From Eledone cirrhosa (lineage: Eukaryota): a stretch of DNA of 64,000 bases. The stretch is taken from NCBI GenBank assembly GCA_964016885.1, contig CAXHJY010001472.1, forward strand, positions 496,001 to 560,000. Reading direction: 5' to 3'. Position 1 is the stretch's first letter. Every line of letters begins with the position of its first letter. A program made the position numbers and the translations under genes. This document shows, piece by piece, positions 39,801 through 52,100 of this stretch. The notes beneath the pieces were generated by a model. That model worked only from the letters and a program-made list of their open reading frames with translations. It made no database searches and was not told the origin of the DNA.

Positions 39801-42800
39801 GCTGGAAATTATCTCCCCTTGGCTGGAAATTATCTCCCCTTGGACGGCTAGAAATTATCTCTCTTTGGACGGCTGGAAATTATCTCCCTTTGATTTTTTT
39901 AACAAATTATCTCCCTCTGATTTTTTTTACAAATCTCCCCCTGATTTTTAAAAAAAAATTATCTCCCCTTCGCTGGCTGGAAATTATCTCCCCTTGGACA
40001 CTGGAAATTATAGCCCCCTGGAGGGCTGGAAATTATCTTCCCTTGGACGGCTGGAAATTATCTCCCCTTGATTTTTTTACAAATTATCTCCCCCTGATTT
40101 TTTTTACAAATTATCTCCCCCTGATTTTTTTTACAAATTATCTCCCCCTGATTTTTTTTACAAATTATCTCCCCCTGATATTTTTTTTACAAATTATCTC
40201 CGCCTGATTTTTTAAAAAAAATTATCTCCCCCTGATTTTTTTTTACAAATTATCTCCCCCTGATTTTTTTTTTACAAATTATCTCCCCCTGATTTTTTTA
40301 CAAATTATCTCCCCCTGATTTTTTTTACAATCTCCGCCTGATTTTTTTAAAAATTATCTTCCCTTGGCTGGCTGGAAATTATCTCCCCTTGCACGGCTGG
40401 AAATTATCTCCCCTTGGACAGCTGGAAATTATCTGCCCTTGATTTTGTTTTTACAAATTATCTCCCCCTGATTTTTTTTACAAATTATCTCCACCTGATT
40501 TTTTAAAAAATTATCTCCCCTTGGACGGCTGGAAATTATCTCCCCTTGGACGGCTAGAAATTATCTCTCTTTGGACGGCTGGAAATTATCTCCCTTTGAT
40601 TTTTTTAACAAATTATCTCCCTCTGATTTTTTTTACAAATCTCCCCCTGATTTTTAAAAAAAACTTATCTCCCCTTCGCTGGCTGGAAATTATCTCCCCT
40701 TGGACACTGGAAATTATCTCCCCTTGGACGGCTGGATATTATCTCCCCTTGATTTTTTTTACAAATTATCTCCCCTGATTTTTTTTTTACAAATTATCTC
40801 CCCCTGATTTTTTTACAAATTATCTCCCCCTGATTTTTTTACAAATTATCTCCGCCTGATTTTTTAAAAAATTATCTTCCCTTGGCTGGCGGGAAATTAT
40901 CTCCCCTTGGACGGCTGGAAATTATCTCCCCTTCGAAGGATGGAAATTATCTCCCCTTGGACGGCTGGAAATTATCTCCCCTTGCACGGCTGGAAATTAT
41001 CTCCCCCTTTGACGGCTGAAAATTATCTCCCCTTGATTTTTCTTTACAAATTATCTCCCCTTGATTTTTTTTTACAAATTATGTCCCCTTGATTTTTTTT
41101 TTACAAATTATCTCCGCCTGATTTTTTTTTTAAATTATCTCCCCTTGGACGGCTGGAAATTATCTCCCCTTGGACGGCTAGAAATTACCTCTCCTTGGAC
41201 GGCTGAAAATTATCTCCCCTTGGACGGCTGGAAATTATCTCCCCTTGATTTTTTTACAAATTATCTGCCCCTGATTTTTTTTTTTACAAATTATCTCCCC
41301 CTGATTTTTTTTTACAAATTATCTCCCCCTGATTTTTTTTACAAATTATCTCCCCCTGATTTTTTTTACAAATTATCTCCCCCTGATTTTTTTTTTACAA
41401 ATTATCTCCCCCTGATTTTTTTACAAATTATTTCCCCCTGATTTTTTTTACATATTATCTCCGCCTCATTTTTTTAAATATTATCTTCCCTTGGCTGGCG
41501 GGAAATTATCTCCCCTTGGACGGCTGGAAATTATCTCCCCTTGCACTGCTGGAAATTATCTCCCCTTGGATGGCTGGAAATTATCTGCCCTTGATTTTGT
41601 TTTTACAAATTATCTTCCCCTGATTTTTTTTACAAATTATCTCCACCTGATTTTTTAAAAAATTATCTCCCCTTGCACTGCTGGAAATTATCTCTCTTTG
41701 GACGGCTGGAAATTATCTCCCCTTGATTTTTTTTACAAATTATCTCCCCTTGATTTTTTTACAAATTATCTCCCCCTGATTTTTTTTACAATCTCCGCCT
41801 GATTTTTTTAAAAATGATCTCCCCTTGGACGGCTGGAAATGATCTCCCCTTGGACGCTGGAAATTATAGCCCCTTGGAGGGCTGGAAATTATCTTCCCTT
41901 GGACGGCTGGAAATTATCTCCCCTGGATTTTTTTTACAAATTATCTCCCCCTGATTTTTTTTTACAAATTATCTCCCCCTGATTTTTTTTTACAAATTAT
42001 CTCCCCCTGATTTTTTTTTACAAATTATCTCCCCCTGATTTTTTTTTTACAAATTATCTCCCCCTGATTTTTTTTACAATCTCCGCCTGATTTTTTAAAA
42101 AATTATCTTCCCTTGGCTGGCGGGAAATTATCTCCCCTTGGACGGCTGGAAATTATCTCCCCTTGGAAGGATGGAAATTATCTCCCCTTGGACGGCTGGA
42201 AATTATTGCCCCTTGCACGGCTGGAAATTATCTCCCCTTGGACAGCTGGAAATTATCTGCCCTTGATTTTGTTTTTACAAATTATCTCCCCCTGATTTTT
42301 TTTACAAATTATCTCCACCTGATTTTTTAAAAAATCATCTCCCCTTGGACGGCTGGAAATTATCTCCCCTTGGCTGGAAATTATCTTCCCTTGGACGGCT
42401 AGAAATTATCTCTCTTTGGACGGCTGGAAATTATCTCCCTTTGATTTTTTTAACAAATTATCTCCCTCTGATTTTTTTTATAAATCTCCCCCTGATTTTT
42501 TAAAAAAAATTATTTCCCCTTCGCTGGCTGGAAATTATCTCCCCTTGGACACTGGAAATTATAGCCCCTTGGAGGGCTGGAAATTATCTTCCCTTGGCCG
42601 GCTGGAAATTATCTCCCCTTGATTTTTTTTACAAATTATCTCCCCCTGATTTTTTTTTACAAATTATCTCCCCCTGATTTTTTTTTACAAATTATCTCCC
42701 CCTGATTTTTTTAAAAATTATCTTCCCTTGGCTGGCGGGAAATTATCTCCCCTTGGACGGCTGGAAATTATCTCCCCTTGGAAGGATGGAAATTATCTCC

Positions 42801-43150
42801 CCTTGGACGGCTGAAAATTATCTCCCCTTGATTTTTTTTACAAATTATCTCCCCCTGATTTTTTTTTACAAATTATCTCCCCCTGATTTTTTTTTTATAA
42901 ATTATCTCTCCCTGATTTTTTTTTACAAATATCTCCCCTTGGCTGGCTGGAAATTATCTCATCTTGGCTGGCTGGAAATTATCTCCCCTTGGACGGTTGG
43001 AAATTACTCCCCTTGGACGGCTGGAAATTATCTCCCCTTGGACGGCTGGAAATTATCTCCTCTTGGACTGTTGGAAATTATCTCCCCTTGGACGGCTGGA
43101 AATTATCTGCCCTTGATTTTTTTTTACAAATTATCTCCCCCTGATTTTTT
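36890..43150 (+). repeat. Truncated, more eroded HOR copy (subtype Y)
   Basis: Starts at GATTGGTTTTT 36890, with TTCGAA at 40932. Whole-monomer losses near 40370, 41670, 42710 and 42790. Colinearity with the 35.4 kb region ends at about 43150. Confidence 0.85.
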
Positions 43151-46100
43151 TAAAAATGATCTCCCCTTGGACGGCTGGAAATGATCTCCCCTTGGCTGGT
43201 TGGAAATTATCTCCCCTTGGACCGCTAGAAATTATCTCTCCTTGGACGGCTAGAAATTATCTCCCCTTGATTTTTTTTTACAAATTATCTCCCCCTGATT
43301 TTTTTTTACAAATTATCTCCCCCTGATTTTTTTTTACAAATTATCTCCCCCTGATTTTTTTACAAATTATCTCCCCTGATTTTTTTTACAATCTCCGCCT
43401 GATTTTTTTAAAAACTATCTTCCCTTGGCTGGCGGGAAATTATCTCCCCTTGGACGGCTGGAAATTATCTCCCCTTGGAAGGATGGAAATTATCTCCCCT
43501 TGGACGGCTGGAAATTATCTCCCCTTGCACGGCTGGAAATTATCTCCCCTTGGACAGCTGGAAATTATCTGCCCTTGATTTTGTTTTTACAAATTATCTT
43601 CCCCTGATTTTTTTTACAAATTATCTCCCCCTGATTTTTTTTACAAATTATCTCCCCCTGATTTTTTTTTACAAATTATCTCCCCCTGATTTTTTTACAA
43701 ATTATCTCCCCCTGATTTTTTTTACAAATTATCTCCCCCTGATTTTTTTTTTACAAATTATCTCCCCCTGATTTTTTTACAAATTATCTCCCCCTGATTT
43801 TTTTTTTACAAATTATCTCCCCCTGATTTTTTTTTTACAAATCTCCGCCTGATTTTTCAAAAAAATTATCTCCCCTTGGACGGCTGGAAATTATCTCCCC
43901 TTGGACGGCTGGAAATTATCTTCCCTTGGACGGCTAGAAATTACCTCTCATTGGACGGCTGAAAATTATCTCCCCTTGGACGGCTGGAAATTATCTCCCC
44001 TTGATTTTTTTACAAATTATCTGCCCCTGATTTTTTTTTTACAAATTATCTACCCCTGATTTTTTTTACAAATTATCTCCCCCTGATTTTTTTTACAAAT
44101 TATCTCCCCCTGATTTTTTTACAAATTATCTTCCCTTGGCTGGCGGGAAATTATCTCCCCTTGGACGGCTGGAAATTATCTCCCCTTGGAAGGATGGAAA
44201 TTATCTCCCCTTGGACAGCTGGAAATTATCTCCCCTTGGACGGCTGAAAATAATCTCCCCTTGATTTTTTTTTACAAATTATCTCCCCCTGATTTTTTTT
44301 TACAAATTATCTCCCCCTGATTTTTTTTACAAATTATCTCCCCCTGATTTTTTTACAAATTAGCTCCGCCTGATTTTTTTAAAAATTATCTTCCCTTGGC
44401 TGGCGGGAAATTATCTCCCCTTGGACGGCTGGAAATTATCTCCCCTTGGAAGGACGGAAATTATCTCCCCTTGGACAGCTAGAAATTACCTCTCCTTGGA
44501 CGGCTGAAAATTATTTCCCCTTGGACGGCTGCAAATTATCTCCCCTTGATTTTTTTTACAAATTATCTCCCCCTGATTTTTTTTAAAAATTATCTACCCC
44601 TGATTTTTTTTACAAATTATCTCCGCCTGATTTTTTTTTACAAATTATCTCCCCCTGATTTTTTTTTTACAAATTATCTACCCCTGATTTTTTTTACATA
44701 TTATCTCCCCCTGATTTTTTTTACAAATTATCTCCGCCTGATTTTTTAAAATATTATCTTCCCTTGGCTGGCGGGAAATTATCTCCCCTTGGACGGCTGG
44801 AAATTATCTCCACTTGCACGGCTGGAAATTATCTCCCCTTGGACAGCTGGAAATTATCTGCCCTTGATTTTGTTTTTACAAATTATCTCCCCCTGATTTT
44901 TTTTACAAATTATCTCCACCTGATTTTTTAAAAAATTATCTCCCCTTGGACGGCTGGAAATTATCTCCCCTTGGCTGGAAATTATCTCCCCTTGGACGGC
45001 TAGAAATTATCTCTCTTTGGACGGCTGGAAATTATCTCCCTTTGATTTTTTTAACAAATTATCTCCCTCTGATTTTTTTTACAAATCTCCCCCTGATTTT
45101 TTTAAAAAAATTATCTCCCCTTCGCTGGCTGGAAATTATCTCCCCTTGGACACTGGAAATTATAGCCCCCTGGAGGGCTGGAAATTATCTCCCCTTGGAC
45201 GGCTGCAAATTATCTCCCCTTGATTTTTCTTACAAATTATCTCCCCTTGATTTTTTTTTACAAATTATCTCCCCCTGATTTTTTTTACAAATTATCTCCC
45301 CCTGAATTATTTTTACAAATTATCTCCCCCTGATTTTTTTTTTACAAATTATCTCCCCCTGATTTTTTTACAAATTATCTCCCCCTGATTTTTTTTACAA
45401 TCTCCGCCTGATTTTTTTAAAAATTATCTTCCCTTGGCTGGCTGGAAATTATCTCCCCTTGGACGGCTGGAAATTATCTCCCCTTGGAAGGATGGAAATT
45501 ATCTCCCCTTGGACGGCTGGAAATTATCTCCCCTTGGACAGCTGGAAATTATCTGCCCTTGATTTTGTTTTTACAAATTATCTTCCCCTGATTTTTTTTA
45601 CAAATAATCTCCCCCTGATTTTTTTTTACAAATTATCTCCCCCTGATTTTTTTTTACAAATTATCTCCCCCTGATTTTTTTACAAATTATCTCCCCCTGA
45701 TTTTTTTTACAAATTATCTCCGCCTGATATTTTTAAATATTATCTTCCCTTGGCTGGCGGGAAATTAGCTCCCCTTGGACGGCTGGAAATTATCTCCCTT
45801 TGCACTGCTGGAAATTATCACCCCTTGGACGGCTGGAAATTATCTGCCCTTGATTTTGTTTTTGCAAATTATCTTCCCCTGATTTTTTTAACAAATTATC
45901 TCCACCTGATTTTTAAAAAAAATTATCTCCCCTCGGACGGCTGGAAATTATCTCCCCTTGGCTGGAAATTATCTCCCCTTGGACGGCTAGAAATGATCTC
46001 TCTTTGGACGGCTGGAAATTATCTCCCTTGATTTTTTTTACAAATTATCTCCCCCTGATTTTTTTACAAATTATCTCCCCCTGATTTTTTTTACAATCTC

Positions 46101-49100
46101 CGCCTGATTTTTTTAAAAATGATCTCCCCTTGGACGGCTGGAAATGATCTCCCCTTGGACGCTGGAAATTATAGCCCCTTGGAGGGCTGGAAATTATCTC
46201 CCCTTGGACGGCTGGAAATTATCTCCCCTTGGACGGCTAGAAATTACCTCTCCTTGGACGGCTGAAAATTATCTCCCCTTGGACGGCTGCAAATTATCTC
46301 CCCTTGATTTTTTTTACAAATTATCTCCCCTTGATTTTTTTTTACAAATTATCTCCCCCTGATTTTATTTACAAATTATCTCCCCCTGATTTTTTTTTAC
46401 AAATTATCTCCCCCTGATTTTTTTACAAATTATCTTCCCTTGGCTGGCGGGAAATTATCTCCCCTTGGACGGCTGGAAATTATCTCCCCTTGGAAGGATG
46501 GAAATTATCTCCCCTTGCACGGCTGGAAATTATCTCCCCTTGCACGGCTGGAAATTATCTCCCCTTGGACAGCTGGAAATTATCTGCCCTTGATTTTGTT
46601 TTTACAAATTATCTACCCCTGATTTTTTTTACAAATTATCTCCCCCTGATTTTTTTTTTACAAATTATCTCCCCATGATTTTTTTAAAAATGATCTCCCC
46701 TTGGACGGCTGGAAATGATCTCCCCTTGGCTGGTTGGAAATTATCTCCCCTTGGACCGCTAGAAATTATCTCTCCTTGGACGGCTGGAAATTATCTCCCC
46801 TTGATTTTTTTCACAAATCTCCCCCTAATTTAAAAAAAAATTATCTCCCCTTCGCTGGCTGGAAATTATCTCCCTTTGGACGGCTGGAAATTATAGCCCC
46901 TTGTAGGGCTGGAAATTATCTCCCCTTGGACGGCTGGAAATTATCTCCCCTTGATTTTTTTAACAAATTTTCTCCCCCTGATTTTTTTAAAAATGATCTC
47001 CCCTTGGACGGCTGGAAATGATCTCCCCTTGGCTGGTTGGAAATTATCTCCCCTTGGACCGCTAGAAATTATCTCTCCTTGGACGGCTGGAAATTATGTC
47101 CCCTTGATTTTTTTTACAAATCTCCCCCTAATTTAAAAAAAAATTATCTCCCCTTCGCTGGCTGGAAATTATCTCCCCTTGGACGCTGGAAATTATAGCC
47201 CCTTGGAGGGCTGGAAATTATCTTACCTTGGACGGCTGGAAATTATCTCCCCTTGATTTTCTTTTACAAATTATCTCCCCCTGATTTTTTTTTATAAATT
47301 ATCTCCCCCTGATTTTTTTTACAAATTATCTCCCCCTGATTTTTCTTAACAAATTATCTCCGCCTGATTTTTTAAAAAAAATTATCTCCCCTTGGACGGC
47401 TGGAAATTATCTCCCCTTGGACGGCTGGAAATTATCTCCCCTTGGACGGCTAGAAATTACCTCTCCTTGGACGGCTGAAAATTATCTCCCCTTGGACGGC
47501 TGCAAATTATCTCCCCTTGATTTTTTTTACAAATTATCTCCTCTTGATTTTTTTTTACAAATTATCTCCCCCTGATTTTTTTTACAAATTATCTCCCCCT
47601 GATTTTTTTTTACAAATTATCTCCCCCTGATTTTTTTTTTACAAATTATCTCCCCCTGATTTTTTTACAAATTATCTTCCCTTGGCTGGCGGGAAATTAT
47701 CTCCCCTTGGACGGCTAGAAATTATCTCCCCTTGGAAGGATGGAAATTATCTCCCCTTGCACGGCTGGAAATTATCTCCCCTTGGACAGCTGGAAATTAT
47801 CTGCCCTTGAATTTGTTTTTACAAATTATCTCCCCTTGATTTTTTTTACAAATTATCTCCACCTGATTTTTTAAAAAATTATCTCCCCTTGGACGGCTGG
47901 AAATTATCTCCCCTTGGCTGGAAATTATCTCCCCTTGGACGGCTAGAAATTATCTCTCTTTGGACGGCTGGAAATTATCTCCCTTTGATTTTTTTAACAA
48001 ATTATCTCCCTCTGATTTTTTTTACAAATCTCCCCCTGATTTTTTTAAAAAAATTATCTCCCCTTCGCTGGCTGGAAATTATCTCCCCTTGGACACTGGA
48101 AATTATAGCCCCCTGGAGGGCTGGAAATTATCTTCCCTTGGAAGGCTGGAAATTATCTCCCCTTGATTTTTTTTACAAATTATCTGCCCCTGATTTTTTT
48201 TTACAAATTATCTCCCCCTGATTTTTTTTACAAATTATCTCCCCCTGATTTTTTTTTACAAATTATCTCCCCCTGATATTTTTTTTACAAATTATCTCCG
48301 CCTGATTTTTTAAAAAAAATTATCTCCCCTTGGACGGCTAGAAATTATCTCCCCTTGGACGGCTGGAAATTATCTCCCCTTGGACGGCTGGAAATTATCT
48401 TCCCTTGGACGGCTAGAAATTACCTCTCCTTGGACGGCTGAAAATTATCTCCCCTTGGACGGCTGGAAATTATCTCCCCTTGATTTTTTTACAAATTATC
48501 TCCCCCTGATTTTTTTTTTACAAATTATCTCCCCCTGATTTTTTTTTACAAATTATCTACCCCTGATTTTTTTTACAAATTATCTCCCCCTGATTTTTTT
48601 AAAAATGATCTCCCCTTGGACGGCTGGAAATGATCTCCCCTTGGCTGGTTGGAAATTATCTCCCCTTGGACCGCTAGAAATTATCTCTCCTTGGACGGCT
48701 GGAAATTATCTCCCCTTGATTTTTTTACAAATTATCTCCCCCTGATTTTTTTTACAAATCTCCCAGTGATTTTTTAAAAAAATTATCTCCCCTTCGCTGG
48801 CTGGAAATTATCTCCCCTTGGACGCTGGAAATTATAGCCCCTTGGAGGGCTGGAAATTATCTTCCCTTGGACGGCTGCAAATTATCTCCCCTTGGACGGC
48901 TGGAAATTATCTCCCCTTGGACGGCTAGAAATTACCTCTCCTTGGACGGCTGAAAATTATCTCCCCTTGGACGGCTGCAAATTATCTCCCCTTGATTTTT
49001 TTTACAAATTATCTCCCCTTGATTTTTTTTTACAAATTATCTCCCCCTGATTTTTTTTACAAATTATCTCCCCCTGATTTTTTTTTACAAATTATCTCCC

Positions 49101-52100
49101 CCTGATTTTTTTTTTACAAATTATCTCCCCCTGATTTTTTTACAAATTATCTCCCCCTGATTTTTTTCACAATCTCCGCCTGATTTTTTTAAAAATTATC
49201 TTCCCTTGGCTGGCGGGAAATTATCTCCCCTTGGACGGCTGGAAATTATCTCCCCTTGGAAGGATGGAAATTATCTCCCCTTGGACGGCTGGAAATTATC
49301 TCCCCTTGCACGGCTGGAAATTATCTCCCCTTGGACAGCTGGAAATTATCTGCCCTTGATTTTGTTTTTACAAATTATCTCCCCCTGATTTTTTTTACAA
49401 ATTATCTCCACCTGATTTTTAAAAAAATTATCTCCCCTTGGACGGCTGGAAATTATCTCCCCTTGGCTGGAAATTATCTCCCCTTGGACGGCTAGAAATT
49501 ATCTCTCTTTGGACGGCTGGAAATTATCTCCCTTTGATTTTTTTAACAAATTATCTCCCTCTGATTTTTTTTACAAATCTCCCCCTGATTTTTTAAAAAA
49601 AATTATCTCCCCGTCGCTGGCTGGAAATTGTCCCCCCTTGGACACTGGAAATTATAGCCCCCTGGAGGGCTGGAAATTATCTTCCCTTGGACGGCTGGAA
49701 ATGATCTCCCCTTGATTTTTTTACAAATTATCTCCCCCTGATTTTTTTTTACAAATTATCTCCCCCTGATTTTTTTTACAAATTATCTCCCCCTGATTTT
49801 TTTTTACAAATTATCTCCCCCTGATATTTTTTTTACAAATTATCTCCGCCTGATTTTTTAAAAAAATTATCTCCCCTTGGACGGCTGGAAATTATCTCCC
49901 CTTGGACGGCTGGAAATTATCTCCCCTTGGACGGCTAGAAATTACCTCTCCTTGGATGGCTGAAAATTATCTCCCCTTGGACGGCTGCAAATTATCTCCC
50001 CTTGATTTTTTTTACAAATTATCTCCCCCTGATTTTTTTTTTACAAATTATCTCCCCCTGATTTTTTTTTTACAAATCTCCGCCAGATTTTTAAAAAAAT
50101 TTATCTCCCGTTGGACGGCTGGAAATTATCTCCCCTTGGACGGCTGGAAATTATCTTCCCTTGGACGGCTAGAAATTACCTCTCCTTGGACGGCTGAAAA
50201 TTATCTCCCCTTGGACGGCTGGTAATTATCTCCCCTTGATTTTTTTACAAATTATCTGCCCCTGATTTTTTTTTTACAAATTATCTCCCCCTGATTTTTT
50301 TTACAAATTATCTACCCCTGATTTTTTTTACAAATTATCTCCCCCTGATTTTTTTTTACAAATTATCTCCCCCTGATTTTTTTTAAAATGATCTCCCCTT
50401 GGACGGCTGGAAATGATCTCCCCTTGGCTGGTTGGAAATTATCTCCCCTTGGACCGCTAGAAATTATCTCTCCTTGGACGGCTGGAAATTATCTCCCCTT
50501 GATTTTTTTTACAAATCTCCCCCTAATTAAAAAAAAAATTATCTCCCCTTCGCTGGCTGGAAATTATCTCCCTTTGGACGGCTGGAAATTATAGCCCCTT
50601 GTAGGGCTGGAAATTATCTCCCCTTGGACGGCTGGAAATTATCTCCCCTTGATTTTTTTTACAAATTATCTCCCCCTGATTTTTTAAAAAATGATCTCCC
50701 CTTGGACGGCTGGAAATGATCTCCCCTTGGCTGGTTGGAAATTATCTCCCCTTGGACCGCTAGAAATTATCTCTCCTTGGACGGCTGGAAATTATCTCCC
50801 CTTGATTTTTTTACAAATTATCTCCCCCTGATTTTTTTTACAAATCTCCCAGTGATTTTTTAAAAAAATTATCTCCCCTCCGCTGGCTGGAAATTATCTC
50901 CCCTTGGACGGCTGGAAATTATCTCCCCTTGATTTTTTTACAAATTATCTCCCCCTGATTTTTTTTTACAAATTATCTCCCCCTGATTTTTTTTTACAAA
51001 TTATCTCCCCCTGATTTTTTTTAACAAATTATCTCCGCCTGATTTTTTTTAAAAAATTATCTCCCCTTGGACGGCTGGAAATTATCTCCCCTTGGACGGC
51101 TGGAAATTATCTCCCCTTGGACGGCTGGAAATTATCTCCCCTTGGACGGCTAGAAATTACCTCTCCTTGGACGGCTGAAAATTATCTCCCCTTGGACGGC
51201 TGCAAATTATCTCCCCTTGATTTTTTTTACAAATTATCTCCCCCTGATTTTTTTTACAAATTATCTCCCCCTGATTTTTTTTTACAAATTATCTCCCCCT
51301 GATTTTTTTTTACAAATTATCTCCCCATGATTTTTTTACAAATTATCTCCCCCTGATTTTTTTTACAATCTCCGCCTGATTTTTTTTAAATTATCTCTCC
51401 TTGGCTGGCTGGAAATTATCTCCCCTTGGACGGCTGGAAATTATCTCCCCTTGGAAGGATGGAAATTATCTCCCCTTGAACGGCTGAAAATTATCTCCCC
51501 TTGCACGGCTGGAAATTATCTCCCCTTGGACAGCTGGAAATTATCTGCCCTTGATTTTGTTTTTACAAATTATCTTCCCCTGATTTTTTTTACAAATTAT
51601 CTCCACCTGATTTTTTAAAAAATTATCTCCCCTTGGACGGCTGGAAATTATCTCCCCTTGGCTGGAAATTATCTCCCCTTGGACGGCTAGAAATTATCTC
51701 TCTTTGGACGGCTGGAAATTATCTCCCTTTGATTTTTTTAACAAATTATCTCCCTCTGATTTTTTTTACAAATCTCCCCCTGATTTTTTTAAAAAAATTA
51801 TCTCCCCTTCGCTGGCTGGAAATTATCTCCCCTTGGACACTGGAAATTATAGCCCCCTGGAGGGCTGGAAATTATCTTCCCTTGGACGGCTGGAAATTAT
51901 CTCCCCTTGATTTTTTTACAAATTATCTCCCCCTGATTTTTTTTTACAAATTATCTCCCCCTGATTTTTTTTACAAATTATCTCCCCCTGATTTTTTTTT
52001 ACAAATTATCTCCCCCTGATATTTTTTTTACAAATTATCTCCGCCTGATTTTTTTAAAAAAATTATCTCCCCTTGGACGGCTGGAAATTATCTCCCCTTG

